Part shown: positions 1 to 14,400 of the stretch, in pieces
How positions within the stretch are numbered: position 1 is the stretch's first letter
Layout of the letters: the number at the start of each line of letters is the position of its first letter
Source: Paraspadella gotoi
Taxonomy: Eukaryota; Animalia; Chaetognatha
Direction: 5' to 3'
Assembly: GCA_051294375.1 (NCBI GenBank)
Contig: CM119266.1
Location: 2,099,380-2,163,379 of the forward strand
DNA length: 64,000 nt
Translations under genes and position numbers: made by a program
Notes under the pieces: model-generated
The model's input: only the letters and a program-made list of their open reading frames with translations
Told to the model about the DNA's origin: nothing
Database searches by the model: none

Positions 1-1484
1 ATATAGAGAGGAATATGTGTTGAAACTAAAGTTTCGGGGAGAAAGGTGAGCTGTACGATTGAGGTGATCGTAGAACTGACTGGACTAAAATTCTAGGCGC
101 ATTGAGGACAGGAAAAGGGATGGCAGAAATAGGGTGGGAAGTCGGGTATGAAAAATGGCGCAGAAAGAAAGACGAGTGGGCGCCGTCAAGGCTTTTTACC
201 GGACCCAGTTTTGAAGAGAAATGACGAAGCGGACGCAAAGTCTCATAAGAATGACAGTTCGGCTAAGGCGCGAAAGGACGACGTAATCTGAGGGACGAAG
301 CCTTCGAGGACGCTGTTAACGAAATGTCTGTAGTAGAAAGGAGTGAAGTCTGTAGGGGTAGTAGCAGAGGAAGTTAGTAAAAGGTCTCATAAGGGCAGGA
401 GGTAAGGAACAGAAAACATTATTATCAGAAGCACAAACTCAGCCAATATATATAAGGTTTAAAGTGTCTTCTTACTTGTTTACGGTGTTATAGCCAATAA
501 TAAAACAAAAATAGGAGATGCTTCTCTCATAGAAAAGATCCACGGCAAAATATCCAGAACGATCACAGTAAAGGAAAAGAAATGAAATGTTAAAAACAAA
601 TAATAAGATTCCGAGATATCTAAGAAGAGTTCTACATGGCTTACATACAAGACTAAACACCAGTGACAACCCTTTGAGAGAAAATCTGAAAGAATCCACG
701 TGGGTAGAAATTCAGAATAATAGAGATCTTAATTATAGCGAAATCTAGATACGGAGAAAATCACGGGACAAGGAAAAGCAATTACAATAACAGTAAAGCG
801 CCAAGCTGTACACTGCTTCGGAATTCTGTACATAGTATAACAGCGCCTAGTGTCTAGTCGCCGTAGGACGTTTTCAGAGGTATGAGTTAGGCTTGAGGAG
901 GAGGGGATATTTTAGGTAGATATAAGATAGATGATGTACTGGATCCCTCGTTATAATTAAGTTATTTATCGAAGGAGGGGGTTACTATATATTTCAAAAC
1001 ATATTTTTACTTTATTAGCATATGAGAGTGATTGGATTTTGGTACAGAAAAAATAGGGATTTAAAAGCCATACGCCCGTGTCAGTGGGCGAGGGGCATTG
1101 TAATAGCTTGGGATTTAATATAAACCATTGGGAGGGAAATACATGAGTTATCATGAGGGAAATGTTTAAAGGAGGAGGGTAATTTATTATATAGTCCTCG
1201 AGTGAAAACGGAAATACCATATCGCAGGCAGACAACACTCTCGGGTTCTTGCAAATTCGATTGGCAGGAGGCAGCAATATATTATTAATATTCGCCTACA
1301 CATGGTTTATATGATTTACGAATGCCCATTTCTACTATCTGGGTGTACCATCAGTCTATATGCCTAACGCATTCTTTGTTCTTGGAATTAATTATTTTTC
1401 TTATAATTTTTTAGATTACGAAAATTTTAATTCGATTACCAAAGGACAGTCCGTCAAAGTCAATCCATCCCTCATCTCTCTTCG

Positions 1485-1517
<33 letters not shown>

Positions 1518-1924
1518 TCGTCTCTCTCGTGCTCTCTCTCTTCATCTCTCTCTCTCTCTCTCTCATCTCTCTCTAGGGCGACAGAACGGATCTGTCATAT
1601 GCAATTCTGTGGTCGGAGTCTCGAGACTTTAAACAGATCCGGCGTCCTAATAGAAATAGAGTCTTTGAAAGGCCGTCTGGGGATGAAAGGTGGAAAAATG
1701 GGGAGGGAGAAATGAGGAAGGAGAACGGAAGAATGGAGAGGAGAATGTGGAAGAACGTTGGGGGATAAACGGTGAGGAGAGACGAGAAGAAATTGGGAAG
1801 GAGAATGGGAAAGAATGGCCTGAAGGGAGAATGGGGAAAACAATAGGGACTTTAGGGAGGATAATGAGTAGCATGGGGGAGAAAAATGAAAATAATGGGC
1901 AGAGTTGGGAAGAATGGGAAGAAA

Positions 1925-2310
1925 AGTAGGAGAATGGAGAAGGAGTGGGGAGAACTAAGAGAATGAGGAGGAAGAGGAGATATGGGAGAACGAGGAAGTG
2001 GGGAGAACTAAGAGAGAATGAGGAAGAAAAGAGGAGATGGGAGACGAGGAGTGGGGAGAACTAGAGAGAATGAGAAGAAAGAGGAGAATGGGAGAAGCGA
2101 GGAGTGGGGAGAACTAAGGAGAATGAGGAGGGAAAGAGGAGAATGGGAGAACGATGGAGTGGGGAGAACTAAGAGAATGAGGAGGAAAGAGGAGAATGGG
2201 AGACGAGGAGTGGGAGAACTAAAGAGAAATTGTGGAGGAAAGAGGAGAATGGGAGAAACGAAGGAGATGGGGAAGAACTAAGAGATGATAGGAGGAAAGA
2301 GGAGAATGGA
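1925..2310. repeat. Degenerate purine-rich tandem repeat (~50-55 bp unit, about 7 copies)
   Basis: Recurring unit GGAGAACTAAGAGAATGAGGAGGAAAGAGGAGAATGGGAGA(A)CGAGGAGTGGG, with many small indels between copies. Confidence 0.8.
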
Positions 2311-2648
2311 GAACGGTGCGAAAAATTAAAGAAAAAATGGAAATCTTGGAGAATGGATAAAAGTGGAGAATAGGAGAATTTTTACAAATAGGAGAAAATA
2401 TGGACAAGAAGGGATAAAAAGAGAAGATACTTTAGGGAGATTTTGGAGAATGTGTTAAAAAATAAGGAATTAAAAAAAAAGAAAGAAAAAGTGGGAAAAA
2501 GAAAACTGTTAGGAATAAATGTGAAAGAATGAAGGAGATTAGAAATAAGGAAAAGAAAGAAGGAAAAAACTAATTTTAGCCCAGCTACTTTTATTACATA
2601 TTAAATGTTTATTTTCAACTTTAGTTAATCCTTAAGTTAGTTCCGTAG

Positions 2649-2680
<32 letters not shown>

Positions 2681-3600
2681 GTCTCTTCTATCTCTCGTCT
2701 CTCATTCTCTCTATTTCTCTCATCATTCTTTCTCTCTTACCCGCGCGATTGCCGCTTCGAAGACGATGATGAATGAAAATTATTAGAAAATTTGAATCCT
2801 GGCCGTCAAAGGAGAAATTGATGCTCCCGGGGGAAAGAAGAGATGGGGAAAGAGGGTGGAAAACGAGAGAAAGGAGAGAGAGAAAGAGAGTAGAGAGGAG
2901 AGAGAGGAGAGAGAGATGATGAGAGGATAGAGAAGAGAGAGAGAGAGAGAGCAGAGAACAATAGAGAGAAAGATATGGAAGAAAAGGGGGAAACGAGGGT
3001 GGGAAGGAATGGAGTCACCCTTCTGGAAGCGACTAATGAGAGAGAGAGAGAGAGAGGAAGGGAGAGAGAGAGAGAGAGAGAGGAAGAGAGGAGAGTCACC
3101 TTTCAAGTCGGACTTTAATTTCGTTCATTCTGTGCCGACATCGTATTCTCCTGGCGAGGACGACGTCTGTTGCCGGCACATCTGTTGTCCTGCACGATGA
3201 TTTTTATAAAAAAACTCATATCGAATTTTCTTATGTATTTTAAAATCATTTTTTCCCATTTTCCGATCAAATCAGTAATAAATTTTAAAAAATTAATAAG
3301 TGATTACCGAAACATGTAATACTGCTCCCATTTCGCACATATGGTTAATGGTTTATAGCTAGATAACCATAATAGTAAGTAAGTGGCTTATTTTTCAATT
3401 AACTCAGCTCGGAATTTAAAGATAAAAAGGGTCATTCAATTCAACTTCAAAGATAGGCAAAAATGGAGTACAAATTCAGAAGGCTGACGCTCTCCTGCCG
3501 ATTCAGAAAATGTATTCACTTTAAACATTTGAATGCATTCTACGCCATTTTATATAATCGGATTTTAATTATAAATGATAAAATAAAAAGAAAACCTATC

Positions 3601-3892
3601 TGAAGAGTTGCAGGTCAACGAAAAAGCCAATCCATCTAGATATTTTTATATGAATTTTTTATTAGTGAATTCGAAAAATGTAATAGAGGAGACATTTTTA
3701 AATTTGCACATACTATGTATCATTGAAAATGAATCATTTTTAAACATTTTTTAACCGCCTGAATTCTTCATAACTGGAAGCGCGTTATCAAAATGTCTCT
3801 CTATGTACATTTTTACAAATGTTTTTAGATATGCTAATAAAAATTTTTAAATCAATAATTATTGCACGTCGATTTAGGCTGGCAACTCTTCA
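3601..3892. mobile_element. Short MITE-like element with terminal inverted repeats
   Basis: TGAAGAGTTGC at the left end and GCAACTCTTCA at the right end; internal GAGACATTTT and AAAATGTCTC are also inverted. No ORF. Confidence 0.5.
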
Positions 3893-5229
3893 AATTCAGT
3901 ATAGAATTCACTGTTAGGCTCAAATTTCTTTAGCCATCTATTTAACATGTGAAGATTTTGTTCATGACTGGAAAACCAACAGAGTGACAAAGATTAATTG
4001 TTTAATTCATAATCCCGTCTATCTAAATTAAATCCCTATAACCGTGTTTTAAACTTCTTACCGTAGAATTATTTTATACCAATCAGATTGAAAACTAATC
4101 TTTAAAAATGTGGCTTACGACCATATTAACTTAACAATTTTGTTATTTACGGCGATTTAAAAAAAAATGATTGAAAACAGAATTTATGTTTACATATAAA
4201 TAAATAAAACTTTATTTTTTGAAGTGATTAACTGATGACTATAATGTATTTCTACGATGTATTACTCTAATAGCATCAAAGATTAACGCATTGTTATAGC
4301 TGAATGAAAACTACGACTAATTCATTAGGCGAAAAAAGTGTTTTTTAAATTTTAAATAAGAAAAAAAAATATGTAAGTCGTCTACTTTATAGGGCAAATC
4401 TAACTACATCTATATCTATATCTATATCTAGTATCTATATCTATATCATAAATTAATCCATTGACTATTACAATGCGAACAAGGGAAATCAAGTCCCTCT
4501 AAAAAGGATAATGAAGAAAATCGATAATAGTATAATACTTTTGGAAATCTTTTGAAGTTTAGATGTTATAATCCTGATAGGTATTGTATAGTTATATCAA
4601 TAATAATAATAAACCATAATTTTCAATAGAAGTTTGAGGCGATTCTTATTACAGGACGAGATTTTGTCTCGAGTTTAAGACATGAACAAATTTAAAAGAA
4701 GGGACGACGTATCGATTTGAAACCTCGGTTACCTTCATCTCAATCTAATCTCCCTCCTCTCACTGTCTCCCCTCTATCTCTCTCTCATCATCTCTAATCA
4801 TCATCTCTCTCTCTTCTCATCATCTCTCTTCGATCTCTCTCTCTCTTCTCATCCATTACATCTCTCATCCTCTCTCTCTCTCTTCATCACTAATTTGGTA
4901 CTAAATGACACGCACAATAAGCTACAGAACACACGCAACACACCACACACAACACGCAGGGTCTCTCTCTCATNNNNNNNNNNNNNNNNNNNNNNNNNCT
5001 CTCTCTCTCTCTCTCTCATTCTCTCGAATTGCGAAAATGGAATTTAGTTCCGAAAAAAGGGGGAAAAAATTCAGGTGAAATTGTTCTCTTTTTGTCGGTT
5101 CCGCCGACGACGACGACGACGACGACGACGAAAAAGAAGAATCTTTCGTTGACTTTGTTGCTCTCATTAGCGTTGATGATTCGCCGCCTCATTCGATGAT
5201 CAAACCCCTCGTTCGATGGGAACTCGTTT

Positions 5230-5260
<31 letters not shown>

Positions 5261-5359
5261 TTCGTTGTTGGTGTCTTATGGTTCGTCGCGTTCGTCTTTT
5301 AGTCTTTTCAAATTTACGTTATTGTCATTTTTTCTATCATCTCAACATCATTATCGTCT

Positions 5360-5406
<47 letters not shown>

Positions 5407-6071
5407 TCCGCTGTTCGATGAGTCGTGAAAAGAGAGAAAAAAACTTATGAGTTGATGATGATGATGATGATGATGACGATGATGATGATGAAGATGATGA
5501 CGCGAAATTTGAGACGAAATTGCAGGTGATGTCGTCACTCCACTGGGGGGGGGGCGTGATGGCGAGGGGAAAGAAGGAAGCTGTGAATCGAAGCGAAGAT
5601 GGAGAAAATGTGAGGAAGAAGACGAGCAAATGAAAAAAAAATATCATTCACAATATAAAGAATAAATGTAACAAAAAGTGAATAACTATCGTTGACCAGT
5701 TATAAAGAATTGTAAAAAAATGGCATAACTTTGCATCATTTAAAGTGGCCCAACTTTTAAATCCCGAAACTAACTTACCATTTTTATTCCATTACTTCGA
5801 ACTCACTCGCTTTAAAGTTAAAATTTCCGGAGCCAAAAGGATCATCGACATTTCCTTACCGTCGAATAAATAACTTACCTTTAATCATCATCAAACTTTC
5901 CCAAATCATTTCCCTTCGACGCCATCATTGCCTCACCTTCCTTAACTTACTTTTCTCTCCTTTCCTCACCACGATGCCCTCACCTCACCTCACCTCACCT
6001 CACCTCACCTCCTCAACCCTTTTCTCGGAATTCTCTACGGAGTCTTCCGTCGAGCACTCATTACCGCCGCT

Positions 6072-6107
<36 letters not shown>

Positions 6108-6354
6108 TTCTTCATCGTTAGAGTCATCGTCGTGGTCTTAGCCGTCGTTGTCATCGTCGTCGCCGTCATTGCATATTTACATTGTTATCGAAATAGGTAA
6201 AAGGCAGCCCTATTTTTATTAAAATATTTGTTTAAGAATTAATAATGATGTCGTATTAGTCGTCGTCTTTTTCTTCATTGCAGTCGCCGTCGTCGTCGTC
6301 TGATTGTCGTCGATATCGTCGTCGTCGTCGTCGTCATGAACGTCGTCGTCTTCA

Positions 6355-6626
6355 TTTATGTCGATGTGCCTAATTTTAATTTTCATCTTTGTCATCATCG
6401 TCATTGTCATTTATGTCGTTGTGCCTAATTTTAATTTTCATCTTTGTCATCATCGTCATTGTCATTTATGTCATTGTGCCTAATTTTAATCTTCATCTTT
6501 GTCATCATCGTCATTGTCTTTTATGTTGTTGTGCCTAATTTTAATTTTCATCTTTGTCATCATCGTCATTGTCATTTATGTCGTTGTGTCTAATTTTAAT
6601 CTTCATCTTTGTCATCATCGTCATTA
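6355..6626. repeat. 55-bp tandem minisatellite, about 5 copies
   Basis: Unit TTTATGTCGTTGTGCCTAATTTTAATTTTCATCTTTGTCATCATCGTCATTGTCA starts at 6355, 6410, 6465, 6520 and 6575. Confidence 0.9.
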
Positions 6627-7076
6627 TCGTTAGTGTCATCGTTGTAACTTTTCACCGACCAATAATTTTTGTCGTCGTCGTTATCGTCGTCGTCGTGCCA
6701 CTATGTCGTCGTAACTCTTTTCCATCGTTGGATTGTCGTCGTCGTCGTCGTCGTCGTTCTCATCGTCGTCGTCGTCGTCGTCTTCATCATGGCGGCGCAG
6801 TAAGCGCCACTTCCGGGACTTGTTTAATTCGGGTTCGTTTCAACGGCAATTTATTTGATGATATCTTGATGGAACTTCGATGGAGGGAAATTCCACCATC
6901 AAACCTGTTGGTTGGAACCGGTGATGAGGCACCGNNNNNNNNNNNNNNNNNNNNNNNNNNNNNNNNNNNNNNNNNNNNNNNNNNNNNNNNNNNNNNNNNN
7001 NNNNNNNNNNNNNNNNNNNNNNNNNNNNNNNNNNNNNNNNNNNNNNNNNNNNNNNNNNNNNNNNNNNNNNNNNNNN

Positions 7077-7112
<36 letters not shown>

Positions 7113-7860
7113 AATATCGACGGCAGATGTATAAAATGGAATGATGAAAAAAATGGCGCGTGAATTTGCGGCGATGGAGGTAAATGGGAATGAGAGAAGA
7201 AAGGAGGAATGAAAGAGAGGAAAAAAATGAAGAGCGGGAAAAAAGGGAAAATAATAAAGCGAGAGAGAATAAAGGGAAAGTATTAAAAGAGGATGAAAGA
7301 AAATATTAAAAGAAGATGAAAGGAGGAGCGAATTTATACCAAATTTAGACAAATAAAAATTAAAAAAATAGAGAAAAAGAATAAAAAGAAACCATCAGAC
7401 TGTCTTCAGCACAATGTTCATTTCTTTTCCTCCTTTTCCTTTCTTTTCACTTCCATCTTCTTTCTCCTTTCTTCTCTCTCCCTTTTCACTTCTCATTTTT
7501 CTCTCATCCCTTCCCCCTCTCTCTCTCCCAACACTCCTCCACCAATTCCACTTTGCCCCCGCCCCCCCCGCCCCCCCTAAACCCGTCATTTTTCTTGGCA
7601 TTGTGTTCCTCCTCGACCAGAAGGCTGACCCCCATTTCGGAGTTCAGGATATTATCTCCATCCAATAATTCACTCCACGTTTTGCCTATAACACTCTCAC
7701 CTTTTCCCTTTTTCTTTTTTTCTCCTCGGATCTTGCGAATATACATCCCGACTTAACTCTTTCGTTTTTTTCCCTCTGCTTTTTTGCTTTTTTTTTTAAA
7801 CTTATATTTTTACGATACTTCAGTCCTTTTCTCTCTTCTTCTTTCTCTCTCTATCTCTCT

Positions 7861-7928
<68 letters not shown>

Positions 7929-8727
7929 ACTCTCTCTCTTTTACTGTCGTCCACTTTAAAAATCATTCGCTGCCACCATCTTTCTACAACTTCATGATGA
8001 CAGTGGCAAACAAGACATAGAAACGGGAAAATGGCCGCTAAAATCACTGTGCTCGACTTTTCTACTTCGCCAATCGACCCAATGCTTGGTCGCTAAGCAA
8101 CCATCTTCCGATGAAGCACCTTCTGTGTCTCAGCGTTGTGTAGATGATTTTCCTTATCGTCGTCGCCGCGCCGGATATTTTCTTTTTTCCGGCGCTCAGA
8201 CGAATTTTGGAGCCGGATTGCCAGCCTAAAACCTTTTCCTCCTCTTACCACTTAAAAAAAAAAAAGAAGAAGAAGAAGAAGAAGAGGGCGGCCATCTTTT
8301 CTTCCGGTCGATTTAAGCGCCATCTATCCTCCGTTTTGCGCCGTTTTCGAGGCGAAAAAAGGGTCACTTACTATTTTGTGAAGGCCCTTTTTGAAGAAAA
8401 GGGAGAGAGGAAAACTGGGAAAAGAGAAGAAGGGTAAACATGAGAGAGAAAAAAAAATTAAAGGTGAATATAGTTAATTTTTATGAAATGTTTTTTTTAA
8501 CTTTGAGGTTAGATTGTAAACCTCGTCTCCAATGTATGCAAGGAGGCAATGATGAGTCTCAGAGTCTCAAAAAAATCAATAAACAGAAAGAGAGAGAGAG
8601 AGAGTCGATGTGGGTAAATTAGGTTAAGGGAGAGAAGAGGGAGAGAGTAAAACGGAGAGAACGCCAAACCAGGTAAACAAAGAGAGAGACGAATAATAAC
8701 AAAGGGAAGCAAAATCGTTGAATTTCA

Positions 8728-8797
<70 letters not shown>

Positions 8798-8949
8798 AGA
8801 GAGAGAAGAGAGAGAGAGAGAGAGGTGGGCAATCCCTTACCCCCATTCCAGCTGTCGCAATTCCTTTTTTCTCTTGCCGGTGACTTTTGGTGAGAAGAGT
8901 CATTCGTTCACGTGACAAGAGGCTTTGAAGGAGAGGAGAGAGGAGAGAG

Positions 8950-8986
<37 letters not shown>

Positions 8987-11473
8987 AGAGAGGAGAGAGA
9001 GAGAGAGAGAGAGAGAATATCGATCGATTCACGAAAAAAAGACTAATGATGCGACTTAAATTCGATAATCGAAAGAAACTAATCTCTTCAACTGCGACGA
9101 GGTCGCTGACCCGAGAAGGAAAGGGAGGAAAAGGAGGAAGAAAAGAGATAAAAAGGAGGAAAGGGAGGAAGGAAAGAAAAGAGATAAAAAGGAGGAGAAG
9201 GAGGAAGGAAAAAAAGATTTAAAAATGAGGAAAGGAAGGAAGAAAAGAAAAGAGATAAAAAGGAGAAAAGGGAAGGAAAGGGTAGAAGGAAAGAAAAGAG
9301 ATAAAAAGGAGGAAATGGAGGAAGAAAATAAAAGAGATAAATAGGAGGAAAAGGAAGAAAAGGGCGAAAGGAAAGAAAAGAGATAAAAAAGAAGGAAGGG
9401 AGGAAGAAAATAGATGAGATAAAAAAGAGGAAAGGAAAGAAAAGGGCGGAAAGTGGTGAAACATAGGAGAGAGAGAAAAGAGCGACAAAAGGGAAAAAGG
9501 AGACAGAGGGAGAAAGGGAGGAAAGGAAAGAGCGGTTAAAACAGAGAAAAGGGACATGAGGGAGGAAAGGAAAGGAAAGAACTCAATGAAAAGAAGGATG
9601 GAAGATAAAAATGTTAAAAAGAAAATTGAAAAAGATGAAGAAGATAAAACTCGTGGGATAATTACAGATTGTGTTATGAAATCTTGTTTATTTATTTATA
9701 GATTTTTAAATAAAATATTTTCAACTAATATCTTATTTGATTGCCGTTCTAAAAAGTTTGAGCTACTGACCGTTACTAGTTTTTTGTTTAAATTTTCAGA
9801 ACAAAATGCTTATGTATATGCTCAACTTTATCGTTTAGTTGACGAAAAAAGTTTTGAACGAGGGCATCGCTAAATTCACTAAATTCACTCAAATTCACCG
9901 AAATCACAGTGAGAATCGTCGTCGCTAAGAAGAATCTGCCGTCATGCAGATCGGAAAAGGTGAGTTTGTGGATCAGGCGCTAATTTTAAATTTGTTGCCC
10001 CCTGGATATTGATATTCTTTGGCTTGGAACCAGGAATGGGGTTTTGACTCGTTCTTAATATCTTGAGGTTGGGGTGCGATTCGAAATGCCAGCTGTAAGT
10101 TGAGCGATGACTCGAGAGTAGTCTAAATTTATTTATGTACATTATAATTTAGATTGAGCATTATTACATTAAACTTTCATTTCATTTTTTTCCGGCAAAA
10201 CTCACATCGAGGCTTAGAAACCGTTGGAAAAACTAATGCTGAATTTCGCTGGAACTTTATATACGTCTCGAACTATCGGAAGCTTATCCTAAAAGAAAAA
10301 ACCAAACTAACGAAAAAAACAGTTTTTTAGGTGTACCTGTTAAATTAGGAATAAAAAACGCTTTTAATGTTAGCACATGATATTTTCTCAGGCATGACAT
10401 CAGACATCAGACAATAGAGAGGAAGAGATGAGAAGAGAATGAAAAATAGAGAAGAGAGTAAAAGACGGAAATAAGAAGAAAGAGGCGGACCAACGCAGAA
10501 ACAATGTATTGTGATGATGATGACATTTTCAAAAATATTAAAACAAGTATTCTTACAATTTTTATATTAAGAGGAAAATGATGAGGAAAACGATTATGAT
10601 GACTCTGCTTTAAAAATTCTATTTTCTCTTGTATTAAGCTTACGTTAAGCATTTTAATCCGTTATAACTTTCAGCGTTGAAAAACTTGTTTAATTTAGAG
10701 AGGTATCTATCTTTTTTTCATGATCCTGACAAAATCCGGTTTTCATTTTTTGAGACCCGTCTCGTTTTTTTATCACCCTGTCGCGATTATGAATTATTTA
10801 ATACTTATGTATATTTTCCTAATGTAATCTACTCGACTCGCTTTCTCCAGATTCAATTTTCATTCTCTCCTCCTCCTCCTCCTCCTCCTCCTCCTCCTCA
10901 TCTCTCCACTCTATTCCACGCCACGGCCGTCGACGCCGCCCCCGAATTCCTCGGCGCCGCCCACTTGTTGAAAAGGCGGCGTCGAGGGTCGTGACGCCGG
11001 ACGTCGGCAGCGGCGTCGGCGGCAGTCGAGGCAGCGGCGTCGGCGGCAGCGGCGGTCGAGGCAGCGGCGTCGGCGGCAGCGGCGGTCGAGGCGGCGTCGG
11101 CGGCAGCGGCGGTCGAGGCAGCGTCGACGCATAATCGATCTTGATCTGCGAAGAATCCGTTCGCATCTTCATTAGTGAGGAGACTCGGGGACTCTCTCTT
11201 TCTCTCTCTTTCTCTCTCTCGTTCACACTAACCCAGTATCACTTACCCTATAAAAAACCTTTAAACGGAAATCATTTCATTGTGAAAGTGAGAAAAATAT
11301 TAACACTTTCTTCATTTAAATAATAAAAAATAACATTATTTCAAAGTCCCAGTTTTTAATCAAACATTTAAGTTTACTTTTTTTTTTAATAAAAATTAAG
11401 TTGGATTCAAACAAGTCGGTTAGCGGCACAATGCTGGCACATAGTCACTTTGCAGGAATTGCATCGGTAATCG

Positions 11474-14400
11474 CTAGGCCTTCTCATTGCTGTCTCCGCC
11501 GACTTCCGCGTTGCGTCTCTTCTTGCAGCAAATGTAGACGAGAATGCAAACTTCGAAGATGGTCATGATGGACATTCCGCACCAGAGGCCGAGTTGGCCG
11601 CCGATGTCGCCGATTAGGGCCTCGGGGGTTTTGGCGGGTTCCTCCTCCACGCGGGTTATTTCCAAGTCTGTGCAGTTGGGTGTATTTGGTTGGATTACAT
11701 CGATGACTGTTCAGATACACTGCAGAACTTAACAAGATTTCATATAAAAATTGGTCTTAATTGCTTCTCTATTTAATTTTTATGAAATTCTAATGACCAA
11801 AATCAAATCTCGTTAACTCTTCTATGCAATCTGAAAAGTTATGAAAACTTCATTCTAAAAACTAACCCGAATAAAATATTTTGAGAGTAAGAAAGGGGAC
11901 TCTTGTCAAGCCCATGGCGGCCGCCAGCAGCATGTACTTTTCAAATTCCATGACCGGAGGCAGAGGTTCTGTCACGACATCCTGAATCCAGGATGCAGTA
12001 TCGCATTGGGGTCTGCACAATGCGTTGCAGCCATTGAGATCATTGCGACTGAGAAATTGACGTGGTTGATGTATTAGAATATGGAACTTTAGTGTAATTC
12101 ATTACGTATTTGGTTAAAATTTATTATATGCTATTATTTATTATATAAACAATTAAACATGATCAACGTAGGTACTTACACTCCTGATATCAAGTATGTA
12201 TAATTGCAACTCGGTCCCGAATAGATATTTCCCAGTGGAACTAAAGTTTCATAAACGAACGGGACGCAGTTATGACGGCGCCAAGTCCTCTCGAGCAGGC
12301 AGGCGAGCTGGCAGGCGTTTTTGGAGTAAGATTTCTTCTTCAGGGTGGACGCAAGGCCTTGCAGCTCCTCGGGGTACTGAGTGATGCAGTCGCTCCACGG
12401 CCACTTCTGCTCCTTAAAGATTTCTCTCCTTTGGATTCCGATCTGAACGGCTTGAGCCAGGCCGAGATCCCGACCGTTTTCCTCAACTCTCATTCTTCAT
12501 TCGGGGCTAAAAAAATGGGTAATAATGTTATAATAATGAATACTTAGAAATTAATCTTTCTCTTTTGGTTTTGAGAACATGTATAGAGCGGTTGAAAAAT
12601 AACCAAATATATACAATCAAGTGAGGTACATAGCTATTTTAGTGTATGTAGTCTGTAGAATTCGATGGTGATGACCATTTTTTTGTATAATTTTATCTTT
12701 CTTGTCGGAAATGACGGTTTTTAATGTATATAAAATGTTTATAAAATAGCAAAAGTTATGATAAATCAAATTATTAAAATTTATAATATTTATTTGAGCT
12801 TTTGAAATATAAAAATAAAGACTTATAAAAATATTTTGGTAAGTTTATTTCTAAATTTTATATTTTATAAAAAGTTAGTTAACTATATTTATTAATAATT
12901 ATGAGTAAAATTAGGTTAAAGTTAAAAAATAATAATTTCAAATTTTTTTTTCATGGATTTGCATTCTTTTGCAAAAAGTTGATATAAGAAAATATAATTT
13001 TATATCAAAATTATGTCATTAAGTTGGTCAAAAATTTAGAAAAAACTATATTTTAAACCAAAATTGAAAAATTAAACAAAATAATAGTTTTTAAATTTTT
13101 AACCTACTTAATGAAAAGAATTTTTTAAAATAGATTATACTTTCTTATATCAACTTTTTGTAAGGAATTCAAATCCCGTTTTAAAAAATTTTAATTTTTT
13201 TATTTTTCACTTTAGCCTATTTTTTATTATTATTTATTAATAAATAGAGCTAACAAACTATTGATAAAATATAAAATTTGTAAATAAACTTACCAAAATA
13301 TTTATATGGGTCTTTATTTTCATATCATGTAAGTTAAATATGGCTTTTATAAAATCTTAATAATTTGAGTTTCTTATACTCTACCAATGTTTGCTCCATT
13401 TTAATAGCACCTTATATGCTGCAAAAATCGCCATTTCCGACAAAGAAGATGAGTTCTATACAAAAAAATGGTTATCATCATCGAATTCTACAGACGTTAT
13501 TACACTAAAATAGCTATGTACCTCATTGATTTTTATATTTCGTTATTTTTTCAACGCCCTCACATGAAAAGCTTAAACAAGATAACCACAAATAACAGAG
13601 ACGTGAGGATAAAAGCAAGCGAACAGCGATTAAAGTCAACTGTAAAAATGTAACGTTCTTTCAATAATTTTAGATTGGTAGAATCGTTTAATGCTAGTAA
13701 TAATTTTTTTTTTTGCCAGTATTATCACCTGCTTAAAACTATTTTAAATCCGGCTCCATGTCGTTAAAAAGTCAAACAAATCAACATAGTCGGTCTCGTT
13801 TGTCTTTAGTGCCATTGTAATACCGGATGCAGGTCCGGAGAACACTGAAATCGCCGTCTGTAAGAATCACAAAAAAAGTAAAGGTTCAATTTCCTCTGAT
13901 CCTTTCATCAGTTTTGAGAACCACCGGGAGTTTAATGGCGCAACCAATAACGTCAACAAAAATACCTGATTAACATTCAATCTGAAACATCGTCCGTGAT
14001 TGGCGTCCATGACGACCTCAACTTCGTCACAGGCCCCGACTCCGTCTAAAAACTCCTCGTCATCTTTCGCTGTCATGAACCTCAAATAAGCGAAAATGTC
14101 TTCGCATTCCCACGAGATGTAGTCTCTCCACTCAGGGTGAAAGTGGAACATGTGAAGCAAGAAAGAATCTGGCCGGGCGTAAACGTCCCTGAGGGGGAGA
14201 AGATATTTAATCAAATATTGATAAAATATTGATTAATTAATTTGCATAAAGCAAACCAAAAAAAAAAAGATAATTTCCAATAAATTAATATTCTTTAGTT
14301 ATAACGAGCCTACCAAATTCAAATTTTAATGGGAACAGCATGAAACAAAAGAGGGATTCTGTGATTAGGTCTTTTTTTTTTAGCTTTTTTTATGAGCTAC

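Noticed and set aside
1-1360. Possible decayed retroelement coding sequence (a YYLGVP-like motif near 1332)
   Set aside because: No continuous ORF or second diagnostic motif; cannot be supported without a search.
4970-11230. Many ORFs of poly-R/S/T/D, (LS)n, (RE)n and a Pro-rich repeat (10819-11226); small GC-richer islands at ~6790-6934, 7570-7700 and 8030-8260
   Set aside because: These are translations of microsatellites or short repeats. The islands may be exons, but I recognised no family and could not build a consistent splice model.
12497-12499. In-frame TGA as selenocysteine or readthrough
   Set aside because: The paralogue has Lys rather than Cys there, the context reads as compensating indels, and a separate frameshift lies upstream.
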